Shown: piece by piece, positions 38,740 through 48,524 of the stretch
Layout: each line of letters opens with the position of its first letter
How positions within the stretch are numbered: the stretch's first letter is position 1
Made by a program: the position numbers and the translations under genes
Notes under the pieces: generated by a model
The model's input: only the letters and a program-made list of their open reading frames with translations
What the model was told of the DNA's origin: nothing
The model's database searches: none
From: Deltaproteobacteria bacterium
GTDB lineage: Bacteria; Desulfobacterota; Binatia; UBA9968; JAJDTQ01
Reading direction: 5' to 3'
NCBI GenBank assembly: GCA_028818755.1
Contig: JAPPNF010000148.1
Coordinates: forward strand, 5,514-69,513
Length of the DNA: 64,000 bases

Positions 38740-39789
38740 ATGAGCGACATCCAGTTCGACCTCGGCTTCAGCTCTCGGACGGTAGCCACCTACCCCCTAG
38801 CCCGGCGCATCGCCATCATCAAGAGCGCGGAGGCGTTGGGGTTCGACCGCCTGTGGCATTCCAACGAGAAGTTCGGCCGCGACATGGTGGCCAACATGAC
38901 CCTGAGCGCGGCCCAAACCGAACGCATCGGCATCGGCGCCGCGGTCACCGACCCCTACAGCGTCCATCCCGCCCTTACCGCGGCCGCCATGGCCACGGTG
39001 GACGACATCTCCTCCGGCCGCGTCATCGTCGGCATCGGCGCCGGCGGCTCCGGCTTTCCCGCCATGGGCATCCAGCGTAAGCAGCCCGTGGCGGCCACGG
39101 CCGACGCCATCGCCATCATGCGCGGCATGTGGGCAGGGAAGCCCGCGACCGTGGACGGCAAGGTCGTGAGCGTCCGCAGCGGCGTCCTGGGGTTCAAGGC
39201 CCGCCCCGACATCCGCATCGTCATCGCCACCCGCGGACCGGCGATGTTCCGCCTGGCCGGCCGGGTCGCCGACGGCGCCATGATCGCCACCATGGCTACT
39301 CCCGAGGGCGTCGGCATCGCCCGGGACTTCGTCCGGCAGGGTGCGCAACAGGCCGGCCGCGACCCCGACGACATCGAAGTCATCTCACGCGTCGACACCT
39401 GCGTCGACCGCGACCGCGACAAGGCCCGCGCCGGCGTCAAGCAGATGATCGCGTTCCTGTTGTGGAGCAGCTACCCCAACCGCGACTTCGTCACCCAGTT
39501 GGGCATGGAGGTCCCGGCCGAACTGGAGGCTCTGATCGCCAAGCGGGACTACGAACTCATGTTCGAGGCCGGCCCCCTGGTCCCCGAGGAATTCGTCGAC
39601 GCCTTCGCCTGGGCCGGCACCCCCGAGGAAGTCGCCGCCCAGATCACCCGCATCGCCGAAACGGGCATCCGCCGCTTCGGCACCTGGGTGCTAGCCCCGC
39701 CGGGAGGCGGGATCGAGTCGGTGATTCAGCTCATCGCCGATGAAGTGATGCCAAGAGTGCGGGCGGCAGCAAACCGTCTTCAACGATAG
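38740..39789 (+). CDS. LLM-class oxidoreductase (Mer-like)
   Basis: AEALGFDRLW, VTDPYSVHPALTA, GRVADG, AGTPEE. Confidence 0.9.
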   Translation: MSDIQFDLGFSSRTVATYPLARRIAIIKSAEALGFDRLWHSNEKFGRDMVANMTLSAAQTERIGIGAAVTDPYSVHPALTAAAMATVDDISSGRVIVGIGAGGSGFPAMGIQRKQPVAATADAIAIMRGMWAGKPATVDGKVVSVRSGVLGFKARPDIRIVIATRGPAMFRLAGRVADGAMIATMATPEGVGIARDFVRQGAQQAGRDPDDIEVISRVDTCVDRDRDKARAGVKQMIAFLLWSSYPNRDFVTQLGMEVPAELEALIAKRDYELMFEAGPLVPEEFVDAFAWAGTPEEVAAQITRIAETGIRRFGTWVLAPPGGGIESVIQLIADEVMPRVRAAANRLQR

Positions 39790-39802
39790 GCGAACGACCC
39801 GC

Positions 39803-39928
39803 TTAGCGCCGCCCTTGATCACGCAGTTTTTTCCGGTCCGGATGTCCGAGCTTCACACCTGACCGAAGGCTGCGAATCCCTTCGATCGCGCGTTCCGTCG
39901 CTCCGGAGCCACGCACGCCGGCCGTCAT
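39803..39928 (-). pseudogene. Relic of a Phd/VapB-type antitoxin C-terminus (41 aa)
   Basis: MTAGVRGSGATERAIEGIRSLRSGVKLGHPDRKKLRDQGRR*; no toxin gene follows. Confidence 0.5.
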
Positions 39929-39945
39929 GGTACCACCGCGGGCGG

Positions 39946-41043
39946 CTATCTCATCGTCCCCCCAAACGCTGAAAGGACCATCTCGATCAGAATCCGCGGC
40001 GGCCGGGTCAGCGGATCGGTGACGGGGATGCCGAGTTCGTCCTGGTGCCGCGCGATGGCGGCGGTTACATCGGCGTCGGACATGTTCTCGTGGTTGATCG
40101 TGAGGCCGATGACCTTAGTGTCGGAGAAGGTCTCGATGAGATGGATCTCGTCGGCGGGGTCCGGCATCGGCATGTGTTCAAAGTCGGCGCGATGGACTCG
40201 TGCGGGTGCGTGCTGCAGCACGACGCCGTCGGGGCAGGCGCCACGGAGGATCAAGGCCGAGGTCGGGTAGGCGGGGTGGCTGAGAGCGCCTTGCCCTTCG
40301 ACGATGATCACGTCGGGTTTCTCGGCTTCGAACGCTTCGATGATGGCCGCTTCGAGCTCGCCGGCGCAGAACTGCGAAGGAACAGCGTCGAGGGCGACGC
40401 CGTAGCGGGCTCCCTGGATCAGGCCGGTCTGGCCCGTGCCGATCATGACCGCCTTGAGGCCACAATCATTGAGTGCGCGGGTCAAGACGGTTGCGGTGGT
40501 CCGCTTGCCAACGGAGCAATCGGTGCCGAGGACGGCGATGCGCAGGCAGGCAACCTCCGCGATACGGCCGCTGAAGGTCCGGAGGCTCTCCTTGGCAGAG
40601 GGCTTTCGGACGTCGAGGATTTTCACGTTTCGTGCGGCGCTTGCCGCTACGAACTCCGGGTCGTCGCTCAAGAACTCGTGAAGCCCGTTCACGATGTTCA
40701 TTCCCAGGTCGATGGCCTCAAGCAGGACCTCCCGATCGCGTCTCGACAACATCCCGGTCGCGGGAGCCATTCCGAAGATAAAGTAGTCGGGCGTGGTTCC
40801 GGCGCGCGCCAGTGCATCGGCCAGGTCGCGGCAGATGGGAATACCGTTTGGCGGCTCACCAAGCACGACGCCGGCATCGAGACCGGCCTTCTTGCTGTCG
40901 ATGACCGAAAGGATTTCATAGAGCTCCGAGTGACGGACGAGGCCGTTCGCGGTTTTTCCGTCAATGGCGCCGAAGTTTGCCTCGCAATACACGATTGCCG
41001 TCGCGACTCCTGCCGGGGAATTTGCAATCCTATGAACAGCCAA
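39946..41043 (-). CDS. DUF1611 domain protein (DgcN-like P-loop)
   Basis: GKTANGLVRHS, NGLH, GTDCSVGKRTT, TGQTG, EGQGALSHPAY. Confidence 0.85.
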   Translation of the reverse strand: MAVHRIANSPAGVATAIVYCEANFGAIDGKTANGLVRHSELYEILSVIDSKKAGLDAGVVLGEPPNGIPICRDLADALARAGTTPDYFIFGMAPATGMLSRRDREVLLEAIDLGMNIVNGLHEFLSDDPEFVAASAARNVKILDVRKPSAKESLRTFSGRIAEVACLRIAVLGTDCSVGKRTTATVLTRALNDCGLKAVMIGTGQTGLIQGARYGVALDAVPSQFCAGELEAAIIEAFEAEKPDVIIVEGQGALSHPAYPTSALILRGACPDGVVLQHAPARVHRADFEHMPMPDPADEIHLIETFSDTKVIGLTINHENMSDADVTAAIARHQDELGIPVTDPLTRPPRILIEMVLSAFGGTMR

Positions 41044-41090
41044 AGCGATAATGTTTCCTTTCCGGGCCGCGGCGCGCGGTGTTGATCCGT

Positions 41091-41729
41091 TCAGCAGAAG
41101 TTCTGTGTGAAATATACCTTGCCGTCCTTCGCAATGGCGACGCCGACGCCTGTCCCGTCATAAGAAGTGTCCAGGATATTTTCACGGTGTCGTTTGTTTG
41201 CCATCCAGCCCTCCACTGCTTTCTTAGCCAATCCTTCCGGAGTAAGCCAGATATACGACACAATCCTGCCCTCGACCTTCGTAAACGCGTGGTACAGCGG
41301 CGCCGCGTAGATGTTTTCGCCGAGGCCCGTAGTGTAGTGCGAGCCGTAGTTCTTGCGGCAGTCGTGGCCTTCCCCGCGCCCTCTGTCCACCGGACCAAGA
41401 CCTTCGGGACTCTTGTGGCCGAAGTAGTCCCGAGCCGCCATGTCTTCGCTGTGTGAGCGGGCAATCAACCTGATCTGCTCCGTGTGTTCCAGCGGTTGCA
41501 ACCCACGTCTGGCGCGTTGGTCATTGACCAGCTCGTGCGTCCTTTGTTCCAGTTGGCGCGTGTCAACGGTGGGTTTGACAGTCGTGGTCAGGGGCGCGGT
41601 TCCAACTGCCAAGGATGAACCGGCTTGAGGAAGGATGGCCGCCGCTGGCGCGCTCCAACAACCGATGATCAGAACCGTTGCGAGGATCCGGAGAAGGCGG
41701 TTTCGATCGAGCCGTGGCGAACCTGTCAT
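41091..41729 (-). CDS. Secreted CAP/SCP domain protein
   Basis: Signal peptide, VNDQR, HSEDMA, GENI, GWMANKRHRENIL, YFTQNFC. Confidence 0.85.
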   Translation of the reverse strand: MTGSPRLDRNRLLRILATVLIIGCWSAPAAAILPQAGSSLAVGTAPLTTTVKPTVDTRQLEQRTHELVNDQRARRGLQPLEHTEQIRLIARSHSEDMAARDYFGHKSPEGLGPVDRGRGEGHDCRKNYGSHYTTGLGENIYAAPLYHAFTKVEGRIVSYIWLTPEGLAKKAVEGWMANKRHRENILDTSYDGTGVGVAIAKDGKVYFTQNFC

Positions 41730-43624
41730 CCAGACGCCATCCGCCCACGCGCCCGCATCCATTCCCACCCGGTCAAGGCCACGCCCACCGCCAGGCCGAC
41801 GATGTTCCACTGGAGCCACGGGGTGACCATGCCCAGGCTGGCGGCCAGGAAGAGAAGGCGGGTGACGGGATCGAGGTTCCTGAAGCAGTAGCCTTGCACG
41901 GCCATGCCCATGGCGATCATGCTCAACACCGCGAAGGCAATGGTCACGGTGACCTCCACGGCGCCTCCGATGGTGATGAGCGCGGAGTTGGCCACGAACG
42001 CGTAGGGGAGCACGAAGGCGGGCAGGGCCAGCTTCACGGCTTCGATGGACGTGGGCACCACCGGCGACTGGGCGATGGCCGCGGCGGCGTAGCTCGTGGG
42101 CGCGGTGGGCGGGGTGATGGCCGAGATGGCGCAGAAGAAGATCACGAACAGGTGCGCCTGGGGCACGATGGCGTCGGCGTCGAGACCCATGTTCCTGAGC
42201 ATGACGACCAGTGCCGGGATGGCGATGCCCACCTGCACGATGTAGGCCGACGACAGCGGCAGGCCCATTCCGAGGATGATGGCGGTGATCATGACGAAGA
42301 CCAGGGCCAGCAGGAGGTGCCCCCCCGCCAAATCCACGATGACCCCGGAGAACTTGATGGCGACGCCGGTGAGGTCGAAGATGCCCACCATGATGCCGGA
42401 CGTGATAATGGCCACGGCCACCACGGTGGACTGGATGCCGCCCTGCACCAGAGCGTCCCAGATGTCCTTGAGGCCCATGCGCGTGGCCTTGCGGAACCAG
42501 CTCACGATCACGATGCCGACGATGCAGCGCACCACCGCGTAGCCGGGGCTGAACCCGGCCACCAGGAGATAGATCAGGATAATGAGCGGCAGCGCCAAGT
42601 GGCCCCGTTGTATGATGGCATTCTTGAGGCTCGGCAGCTCCTCCCGCGGCACCGTGGGGATATTCTCCTTGACCGCGTAGATGTGCACCATGATGCCCAC
42701 GGCGAGGAAGTACAGCACCGCGGGGACCAGGATGTACTGCATCACGTTGACGTAGGGAATGCCGGTGTACTCCGACATGAGGAAGCCGGCGGACGCCATC
42801 ACCGGGGGCATGATGAGGCCGCCGGTGGAAGCCGACGCTTCCACCGCGCCGGCCATGTAGTCCCTGAAGCCGATTTTCTTCATCATCGGGATGCTGAAGG
42901 AGCCGGTGATGACGGCGTTGGCCGTGCTGCTGCCCGAGATGGAGCCCATGAGGCCGCTGGACACCACCGCGATCTTGGCCGGCCCGCCCCGGAACCGCCC
43001 CGCCAGCGCGGTGGCGAACTCAATGGTGAACTGGCCGAAGCCCGACTTCTCGAGGAAGGCGCCGAAGACGATGAACAGGAAGATGAAGTTGGCCGAGATG
43101 TGGGTAGGCAGGCCGAACAGCCCGTCGGTGAGGAAGTACTGGTTGTCCGCCACCTCCGACGCCGAGTAACCCAGGTGGTTGAGAAAACCGGGCAGGTAAG
43201 GCCCCAGGAACGCGAACAGGAAAATGATCAAGGCCAACGCCGCCAGCGGCCAGCCGACGGCCCGGCGGCACGCCTCCAGCGTCAGCCCCACTGCACCGAA
43301 CGCCAGCACGAACTGGAAGAAGGCGAAGTCCTCGGTGTAGCCGATGTGCTGGATGATCCACTCGTACTCGTAGAAGAGATAGCCCATGGAAACGAGCCAC
43401 AGGCCGATGATGACGACGTCGTACCAGGGAAGCTTGCCGTCATCCGGCCGGCGGAACGCCGGGAAGCTCAGGAAGGTAATCACGACCATCAGCGTGACGT
43501 GGAGCACGCGATGCAGGTACGCTTCCGGTTGCCCGAAGAAGCCGGTGTAGATGTGGTAGGCCGAGGTCGCGAAAGCCACCAGGGTCAGGATGATCCCGGC
43601 GGGGCCTGTCAGTTTGCGCTCCAT
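41726..43624 (-). CDS. TRAP transporter fused 4TM/12TM permease
   Basis: RGGPAK, ISGSSTAN, EASASTGGLIMPPVMAS, ITPP. Confidence 0.92.
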   Translation of the reverse strand: MERKLTGPAGIILTLVAFATSAYHIYTGFFGQPEAYLHRVLHVTLMVVITFLSFPAFRRPDDGKLPWYDVVIIGLWLVSMGYLFYEYEWIIQHIGYTEDFAFFQFVLAFGAVGLTLEACRRAVGWPLAALALIIFLFAFLGPYLPGFLNHLGYSASEVADNQYFLTDGLFGLPTHISANFIFLFIVFGAFLEKSGFGQFTIEFATALAGRFRGGPAKIAVVSSGLMGSISGSSTANAVITGSFSIPMMKKIGFRDYMAGAVEASASTGGLIMPPVMASAGFLMSEYTGIPYVNVMQYILVPAVLYFLAVGIMVHIYAVKENIPTVPREELPSLKNAIIQRGHLALPLIILIYLLVAGFSPGYAVVRCIVGIVIVSWFRKATRMGLKDIWDALVQGGIQSTVVAVAIITSGIMVGIFDLTGVAIKFSGVIVDLAGGHLLLALVFVMITAIILGMGLPLSSAYIVQVGIAIPALVVMLRNMGLDADAIVPQAHLFVIFFCAISAITPPTAPTSYAAAAIAQSPVVPTSIEAVKLALPAFVLPYAFVANSALITIGGAVEVTVTIAFAVLSMIAMGMAVQGYCFRNLDPVTRLLFLAASLGMVTPWLQWNIVGLAVGVALTGWEWMRARGRMASG

Positions 43625-43711
43625 AGGACCGTTCTCTGCCGCGTGTCCGATGCGGCGCGGACACTCGGGCGTGCGCTCACGTCAGGTTTGGTTGGAGGTT
43701 GTGGAGGCGGA

Positions 43712-43743
43712 AAGGAGGGCCGGCGTCCGGGCCGGCCCTCCTT
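43712..43743 (-). terminator. Strong stem-loop between the TAXI receptor and permease genes
   Basis: AAGGAGGGCCGGC-N6-GCCGGCCCTCCTT. Confidence 0.6.
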
Positions 43744-43756
43744 CGTGGGGGTCCGT

Positions 43757-44710
43757 CTAGTTGACGCCCTTCTCCTTCAGGTACTTGTCCAGGCCGGCGT
43801 GCCGCGGCGCGCCCACGTTGAGCGTGGCGTTGGACAGCTTGACCCGCTCGAAGGCCTTCACGGCTCCGGCGAAGTCGCCCAGGTTGTCGTAGACGTTCTT
43901 CACGAGCTTGTAGACGCGCTCCTCCGGAACGTCCTCGTTCGTGATGATGAGCAGGAAGGTCTGAACCGTGTTCACGTCGTTCTTCTGATCGTAGTTCTTC
44001 TTGTCCAGCGTGAACGGGACGACACCGGCATTGGCCGCGTTCATCTTCGCCACGTCCTCCTTGGAGAACGAGAGAATTCGGATCGGCGCGTGCGCCGCCA
44101 ACTGGACGATGGGCGCGTAGTTCTCCTCGCCGGGTCCGAGGTAGGCGTCGATGTGGTTGTCCTTCATCTGGGCCACGGCGTCGTTGAAGCCGAGGTAGTT
44201 GACCTTGGAGAAGTCATCGTAGGTTATGCCGAGGGCGCCGAGCATCTGCTGGTTCAACGCCTGAAACGAGAACCGCTTGGGCATGACGTTGACTCTCTTG
44301 CCCTTCAGCTGCTGGTACGACGTCACGTCGGACTTGGCCCACACCAGCCAGAACAGGTAGTTGGGGTAAAGCACCGCGGCCACGCGCACCTTCTTCGCCT
44401 GCGCCTCCTTCCCCTTGAACATCTTCGCCCCCTTGAGGGCTTCCTGGATGCTCGTTGCGCTGGAGAGGCCGAAGCTCATCTTGCCGGCCATGACGTTCAG
44501 CAGGTTGGACGTACCGCCGCCGATCTCGACGGTCACCTTGTCGCCATCGTTCTTTTCGGCCAACCGCTGCACCACGGTCCCGATGGGATACCAGGAGCCG
44601 CCCGGCTTCGAGGCGCCGAACTTGTAGCTCTCAGCCAGTGCCGCGGGCGCGAGCGTCGCGACAAAAACCGCGATCAACGAAACTACCAGAAACCTCTGCA
44701 ATCGACTCAT
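43757..44710 (-). CDS. TAXI family TRAP solute-binding protein
   Basis: Signal peptide, GGSWYPIG, GGTSNL, LYPN, VPEERVYKLVK, HAG..KY.KEKG. Confidence 0.9.
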   Translation of the reverse strand: MSRLQRFLVVSLIAVFVATLAPAALAESYKFGASKPGGSWYPIGTVVQRLAEKNDGDKVTVEIGGGTSNLLNVMAGKMSFGLSSATSIQEALKGAKMFKGKEAQAKKVRVAAVLYPNYLFWLVWAKSDVTSYQQLKGKRVNVMPKRFSFQALNQQMLGALGITYDDFSKVNYLGFNDAVAQMKDNHIDAYLGPGEENYAPIVQLAAHAPIRILSFSKEDVAKMNAANAGVVPFTLDKKNYDQKNDVNTVQTFLLIITNEDVPEERVYKLVKNVYDNLGDFAGAVKAFERVKLSNATLNVGAPRHAGLDKYLKEKGVN

Positions 44711-44839
44711 CGTGATCTCCTTTCGCTGCTCTCTCCCGCACCTCCGCGGGCGGGCTTGGACAATCGAAGTAGCTGAAGCTACTTGCGCTTTCCCCAAATG
44801 TCAAGAACGATGAAGACTGGAAAGGGGAGTGCAACGAAG

Positions 44840-46405
44840 ATGAGCATGACCAGACGAAACTTCATCCAGTCCCTCGGCGCGGTCGCCGGAGTGGAGGCCG
44901 TTCACCGGACCATGCAGGCGCTGGGACTGTCGGGGATGGGCGAGGCCCTCGCGGCGGCGCCCGATCTGCCCAGCGGCTCGGGGCAAGGAAAGAGCGTCGT
45001 CATTCTCGGCGCCGGCGTCTCCGGCATGACCGCCGCCTACGAGCTGGCGAAAGCCGGGTACCGCTGCACGATCCTGGAGGCCACCAGCCGCGCCGGCGGG
45101 CGCAACCTGACCGTGCGCGGCGGAGACGTGATCGAGGAATTCGGCGGCCGGCAGCGGGTGGAATTCGACCGCCGGGACCACCTCTACGCCAACCTCGGCC
45201 CGGCCCGCATTCCCTACCATCACCGGGCGATCCTCGGCTACTGCAGGGATTTCGGCGTCGAGCTGGAGGTCTTCACCAACGACAACCGCGCGGCGCTGTT
45301 CCACAACCGGGAGCGCTTCGGCGGCAAGCCCGTGGTGGCCCGCCAGGTCCTCACGGACACCCGCGGCTATATCGCCGAACTGCTCGCCAAGGCGGTCAAC
45401 CAAGGCGCCCTGGACGGCGAGCTGACGGGCGAGGACAGGGAGCGCATCGTCGACATGCTCGTCCGGTTCGGCGGCCTGAACCCGGACCACATCTACAAGG
45501 GCTCCAACCGGAGCGGCTACCAGGGCGAAAAGATCCATGAGGGCCTCAAGGCCGGGGACGTGAACTCCCCTCTGGACCTGAGCGAGCTTCTCAAGGCGGA
45601 CTTCTGGCACTACAAGCTTCACTACAGCCACTTTCTCAACGCGAACCCCACGCTGTTCCAGCCCATCGGCGGCATGGACGCCATCGTCAAGGCTTTCGAA
45701 GCGCGCGTCCGGCCGCTCATCCGATACCGCAGCGTCACAAAGGAAATTCGCAAGACGCCCGAAGGCGTTCGCATCGTCTACCGGCAGGCGGGACGGGACG
45801 CCGATGACGCCATCGACGCGGACTTTGCCGTCTGCACCATACCCGCCCCCGTTCTGAAGGACATCCCCAACGACTTCTCCCCGGAGACTCGCGCGGCCAT
45901 CGAATCGATCGAGTTCGTGAACGCGGTCAAGATCGCCTTCCAGACCCGCCGCCGCTTCTGGGAGGACGACCACGCCATCTACGGCGGAATCTCCTGGACC
46001 GACCAGGACATCACGCAGATCTGGTATCCACCGTACGGCTATCACCGCGACAAGGGTATCCTCATGGGCGCCTACATCTGGAGCCAGAAGCCCGGAACGC
46101 GCTTCGGCGACATGAACCCGGCCGAGCGGCTGAGGGCTGCCATCGCCGAGGGCGAACGCGTCCACCCCGGGTACGCGGCGGAGATCGAATCCGGGGTGAG
46201 CCGCGCCTGGGCCAGGACGCCCTTTCAGAAGGGCGGCTGGCCGCGAAGCGCTCACAAGTCGCCCGAGGCGCTGCAAAGGCCCGACGGACCCATCCACTTC
46301 GCCGGCGATCAGGTCACCGGCCTGCCCGGATGGCAGGAGGGCGCCGTGCTCGGAGCGCACCTGGCGGTCCGTGCCATCAACGAGCGGGTGATGGCGACAA
46401 AGTAG
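44840..46405 (+). CDS. Flavin monoamine / L-amino acid oxidase family, Tat-exported
   Basis: TRRNFI, GAGVSG, EATSRAGGR, GPARIP, WQEGA. Confidence 0.9.
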   Translation: MSMTRRNFIQSLGAVAGVEAVHRTMQALGLSGMGEALAAAPDLPSGSGQGKSVVILGAGVSGMTAAYELAKAGYRCTILEATSRAGGRNLTVRGGDVIEEFGGRQRVEFDRRDHLYANLGPARIPYHHRAILGYCRDFGVELEVFTNDNRAALFHNRERFGGKPVVARQVLTDTRGYIAELLAKAVNQGALDGELTGEDRERIVDMLVRFGGLNPDHIYKGSNRSGYQGEKIHEGLKAGDVNSPLDLSELLKADFWHYKLHYSHFLNANPTLFQPIGGMDAIVKAFEARVRPLIRYRSVTKEIRKTPEGVRIVYRQAGRDADDAIDADFAVCTIPAPVLKDIPNDFSPETRAAIESIEFVNAVKIAFQTRRRFWEDDHAIYGGISWTDQDITQIWYPPYGYHRDKGILMGAYIWSQKPGTRFGDMNPAERLRAAIAEGERVHPGYAAEIESGVSRAWARTPFQKGGWPRSAHKSPEALQRPDGPIHFAGDQVTGLPGWQEGAVLGAHLAVRAINERVMATK

Positions 46406-46414
46406 CGTCCTGAC

Positions 46415-46615
46415 CTACCCGGCACGTTTCGCGAGGAGTTGCCTGACGGAAGGTACCAACTCGTTGGGAATCTCCATCACTGTGTGCGCGTTGTCTTCAA
46501 AAGCGGCCTCATCTTCCGCCACTGCTTCTTCCTCCGTTTGAGATTCATAGTGGCCGAGCACACGTTGCACACGTTCTTCATCCCATCCGGGCGGAAAGTT
46601 GGTCTTGTTTTTCAT
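46415..46615 (-). CDS. Small acidic protein, putative antitoxin
   Basis: ATGA overlap with the upstream basic toxin-like gene. Confidence 0.65.
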   Translation of the reverse strand: MKNKTNFPPGWDEERVQRVLGHYESQTEEEAVAEDEAAFEDNAHTVMEIPNELVPSVRQLLAKRAG

Positions 46616-46890
46616 CTTCTTTTCCTTCTGATGCGCCGCCGATAGGCCGCGAGCGGTTTGCCCCTGAGTGGGTAAGCCGTAATGACAAACGTACCATCAG
46701 GATCGGGCACGTAAATCACGCGAAGATACCGGCCTCCACGGGTCCGGCCGATTGCACTACGCGAACCTTCTCGTGCAGATCGGTCTTCACCCGGTGACGA
46801 CAGAGCTTCTTCGACCTCATGTTCTTCAACTCCATGATTGTGGATATGGGGATAGCCGGTCTCTGGATCAATGTAGAATCGTATATTCAT
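46612..46890 (-). CDS. BrnT/DUF4258-like RelE-superfamily toxin
   Basis: HI..HGV..EVEEAL...GRTRGGRYLRVIY...FVITAY; start ATG 46890. Confidence 0.7.
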   Translation of the reverse strand: MNIRFYIDPETGYPHIHNHGVEEHEVEEALSSPGEDRSAREGSRSAIGRTRGGRYLRVIYVPDPDGTFVITAYPLRGKPLAAYRRRIRRKRR

Positions 46891-47056
46891 ACCGTGAAAC
46901 AACGACAGTGAACCTGTCAAGTCAAGGAAAGCGGCGCCACGAGGTAAAACAAGGGCTCGGCGACGGCCATCGCTACGAACAGAGGCTCGACTTGGCATGT
47001 TCTTGACAACACCGAGGTAATTGGCTACGCACCCCCGGAAAGCCGCGTGCACTCCA

Positions 47057-47938
47057 ATGAAACCCGCACCTTTCATCTACTATTGTCCGGCGACGCTCAA
47101 TGAGGCAGTGGGGCTCCTCGACGAGCACGGCGACGACGGCAAGATCCTCGCCGGCGGACAGAGCCTGATGCCGCTCATGAGCCTGCGTCTGGCCCGTCCG
47201 GCGGTGATCGTGGACATGAACCGGGTGCCCGGCCTGGACCGCATCGCCGCCAACGGCGACGGCAGCCTGAGCATCGGCGCCATGACGCGCCAGCGGGCGA
47301 TTGAACGGGACGCCGTTTTCGCCGAACGGAATCCGCTGCTGGCAGCGGCGGTGCCCCTCATCGGCCACTTCCAGATCCGCAACCGCGGCACGGTGGGCGG
47401 CAGCCTGGTCCATGCCGATCCTGCGTCCGAACTGCCGGCCGTGAGCGTAGCCCTGGGCGCCGACTTCGTGCTCACGAGCGCCGGCGGCGAACGGGTGGTG
47501 AGCGCCGACGACTTCTATCTGGGCTACATGGCCACGGCCTGCGAGGCCAACGAGGTGCTGACCGAGGTCCGCTTGCCGGCCTGGAAACCGGGCCGTATCT
47601 GGGCCATCGACGAGGTGGCCCGGCGCAAGGGTGACTTCGCCATGGTAGGCGTGGCGCTGTGGGCGGACATGGACGGGACGGCGTGCGCGGACGCCCGGAT
47701 CACGCTGTTCGGAGTGGGCGGCAGGCCCGTCCGGGTGGAGAAGGCGGAGCAGCGCCTCAAGGGGGCCGCCCTGGACGACGCCACCCTCAAGGACGTGGAA
47801 CGCATCGTCTTCGAGGAGCTGGACCCGGACTCCGACATCCACGCATCGGCGCTGTACCGCAAGGAGGTGGGCGGCGTGCTCACCCGGCGCGCACTCGGCG
47901 CGGCCGCGGCAAGAGCCACGGAGGGCAACGGCGCATGA
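47057..47938 (+). CDS. Molybdo-hydroxylase FAD-binding medium subunit (CoxM-like)
   Basis: MKPAPF, AGGQSL, IRNRGTVGGS, RRKGDFA. Confidence 0.92.
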   Translation: MKPAPFIYYCPATLNEAVGLLDEHGDDGKILAGGQSLMPLMSLRLARPAVIVDMNRVPGLDRIAANGDGSLSIGAMTRQRAIERDAVFAERNPLLAAAVPLIGHFQIRNRGTVGGSLVHADPASELPAVSVALGADFVLTSAGGERVVSADDFYLGYMATACEANEVLTEVRLPAWKPGRIWAIDEVARRKGDFAMVGVALWADMDGTACADARITLFGVGGRPVRVEKAEQRLKGAALDDATLKDVERIVFEELDPDSDIHASALYRKEVGGVLTRRALGAAAARATEGNGA

Positions 47939-48423
47939 GCACCAAGAGCATTCTCAACCTGACGGTCAACGGCAAGGCCTACGAGAAGCTCGTGGAAGTG
48001 CGCATGACGCTGGCGGACTTCCTCCGGAACGAGCTGGATCTCACGGGCACGCACCTGGGCTGCGAGCACGGCGTGTGCGGCGCCTGCACGGTGATCATGA
48101 ACGGCGAGGCGGTGCGCTCGTGCCTGCTGCTGGCGGTACAGGCGGAGGGGGCGACGCTGGAGACGGTCGAGGGGCTGGCGGACGGCGACAAATTGCATCC
48201 CTTGCAGGCGGCCTTCCAGGACCGGCACGCGCTCCAGTGCGGCTTCTGCACCCCCGGCTTCCTCATGACCGCGTCCGCCTTCCTGAAGGAAAACCCCAGC
48301 CCCAACGATGCCGAGATCCGCGAAGCCATCTCCGGCAACATCTGCCGGTGCACCGGCTACCAGCCCATCATCGAGGCCATCGCCCAGGCGGCGCCGGAAG
48401 TGAGCGGGTCCGACACGGACTGA
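47935..48423 (+). CDS. Molybdo-hydroxylase 2Fe-2S small subunit (CoxS-like)
   Basis: GCEHGVCGACT, QCGFCTPG, CRCTGY. Confidence 0.93.
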   Translation: MSTKSILNLTVNGKAYEKLVEVRMTLADFLRNELDLTGTHLGCEHGVCGACTVIMNGEAVRSCLLLAVQAEGATLETVEGLADGDKLHPLQAAFQDRHALQCGFCTPGFLMTASAFLKENPSPNDAEIREAISGNICRCTGYQPIIEAIAQAAPEVSGSDTD

Positions 48424-48524
48424 CGGCACGCGCTGGAGCCGGGAGCCCGTGCGCTCTCGCTCCGGACATGGTCCTGGCCTGAAATCAGCCATGACGCATT
48501 CCCCTGAACGAGAGGCTCCCTGAC

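Noticed and set aside
41678-44776. 1032-aa plus-strand ORF
   Set aside because: Antisense to the TRAP permease and TAXI genes, with no recognisable motifs.
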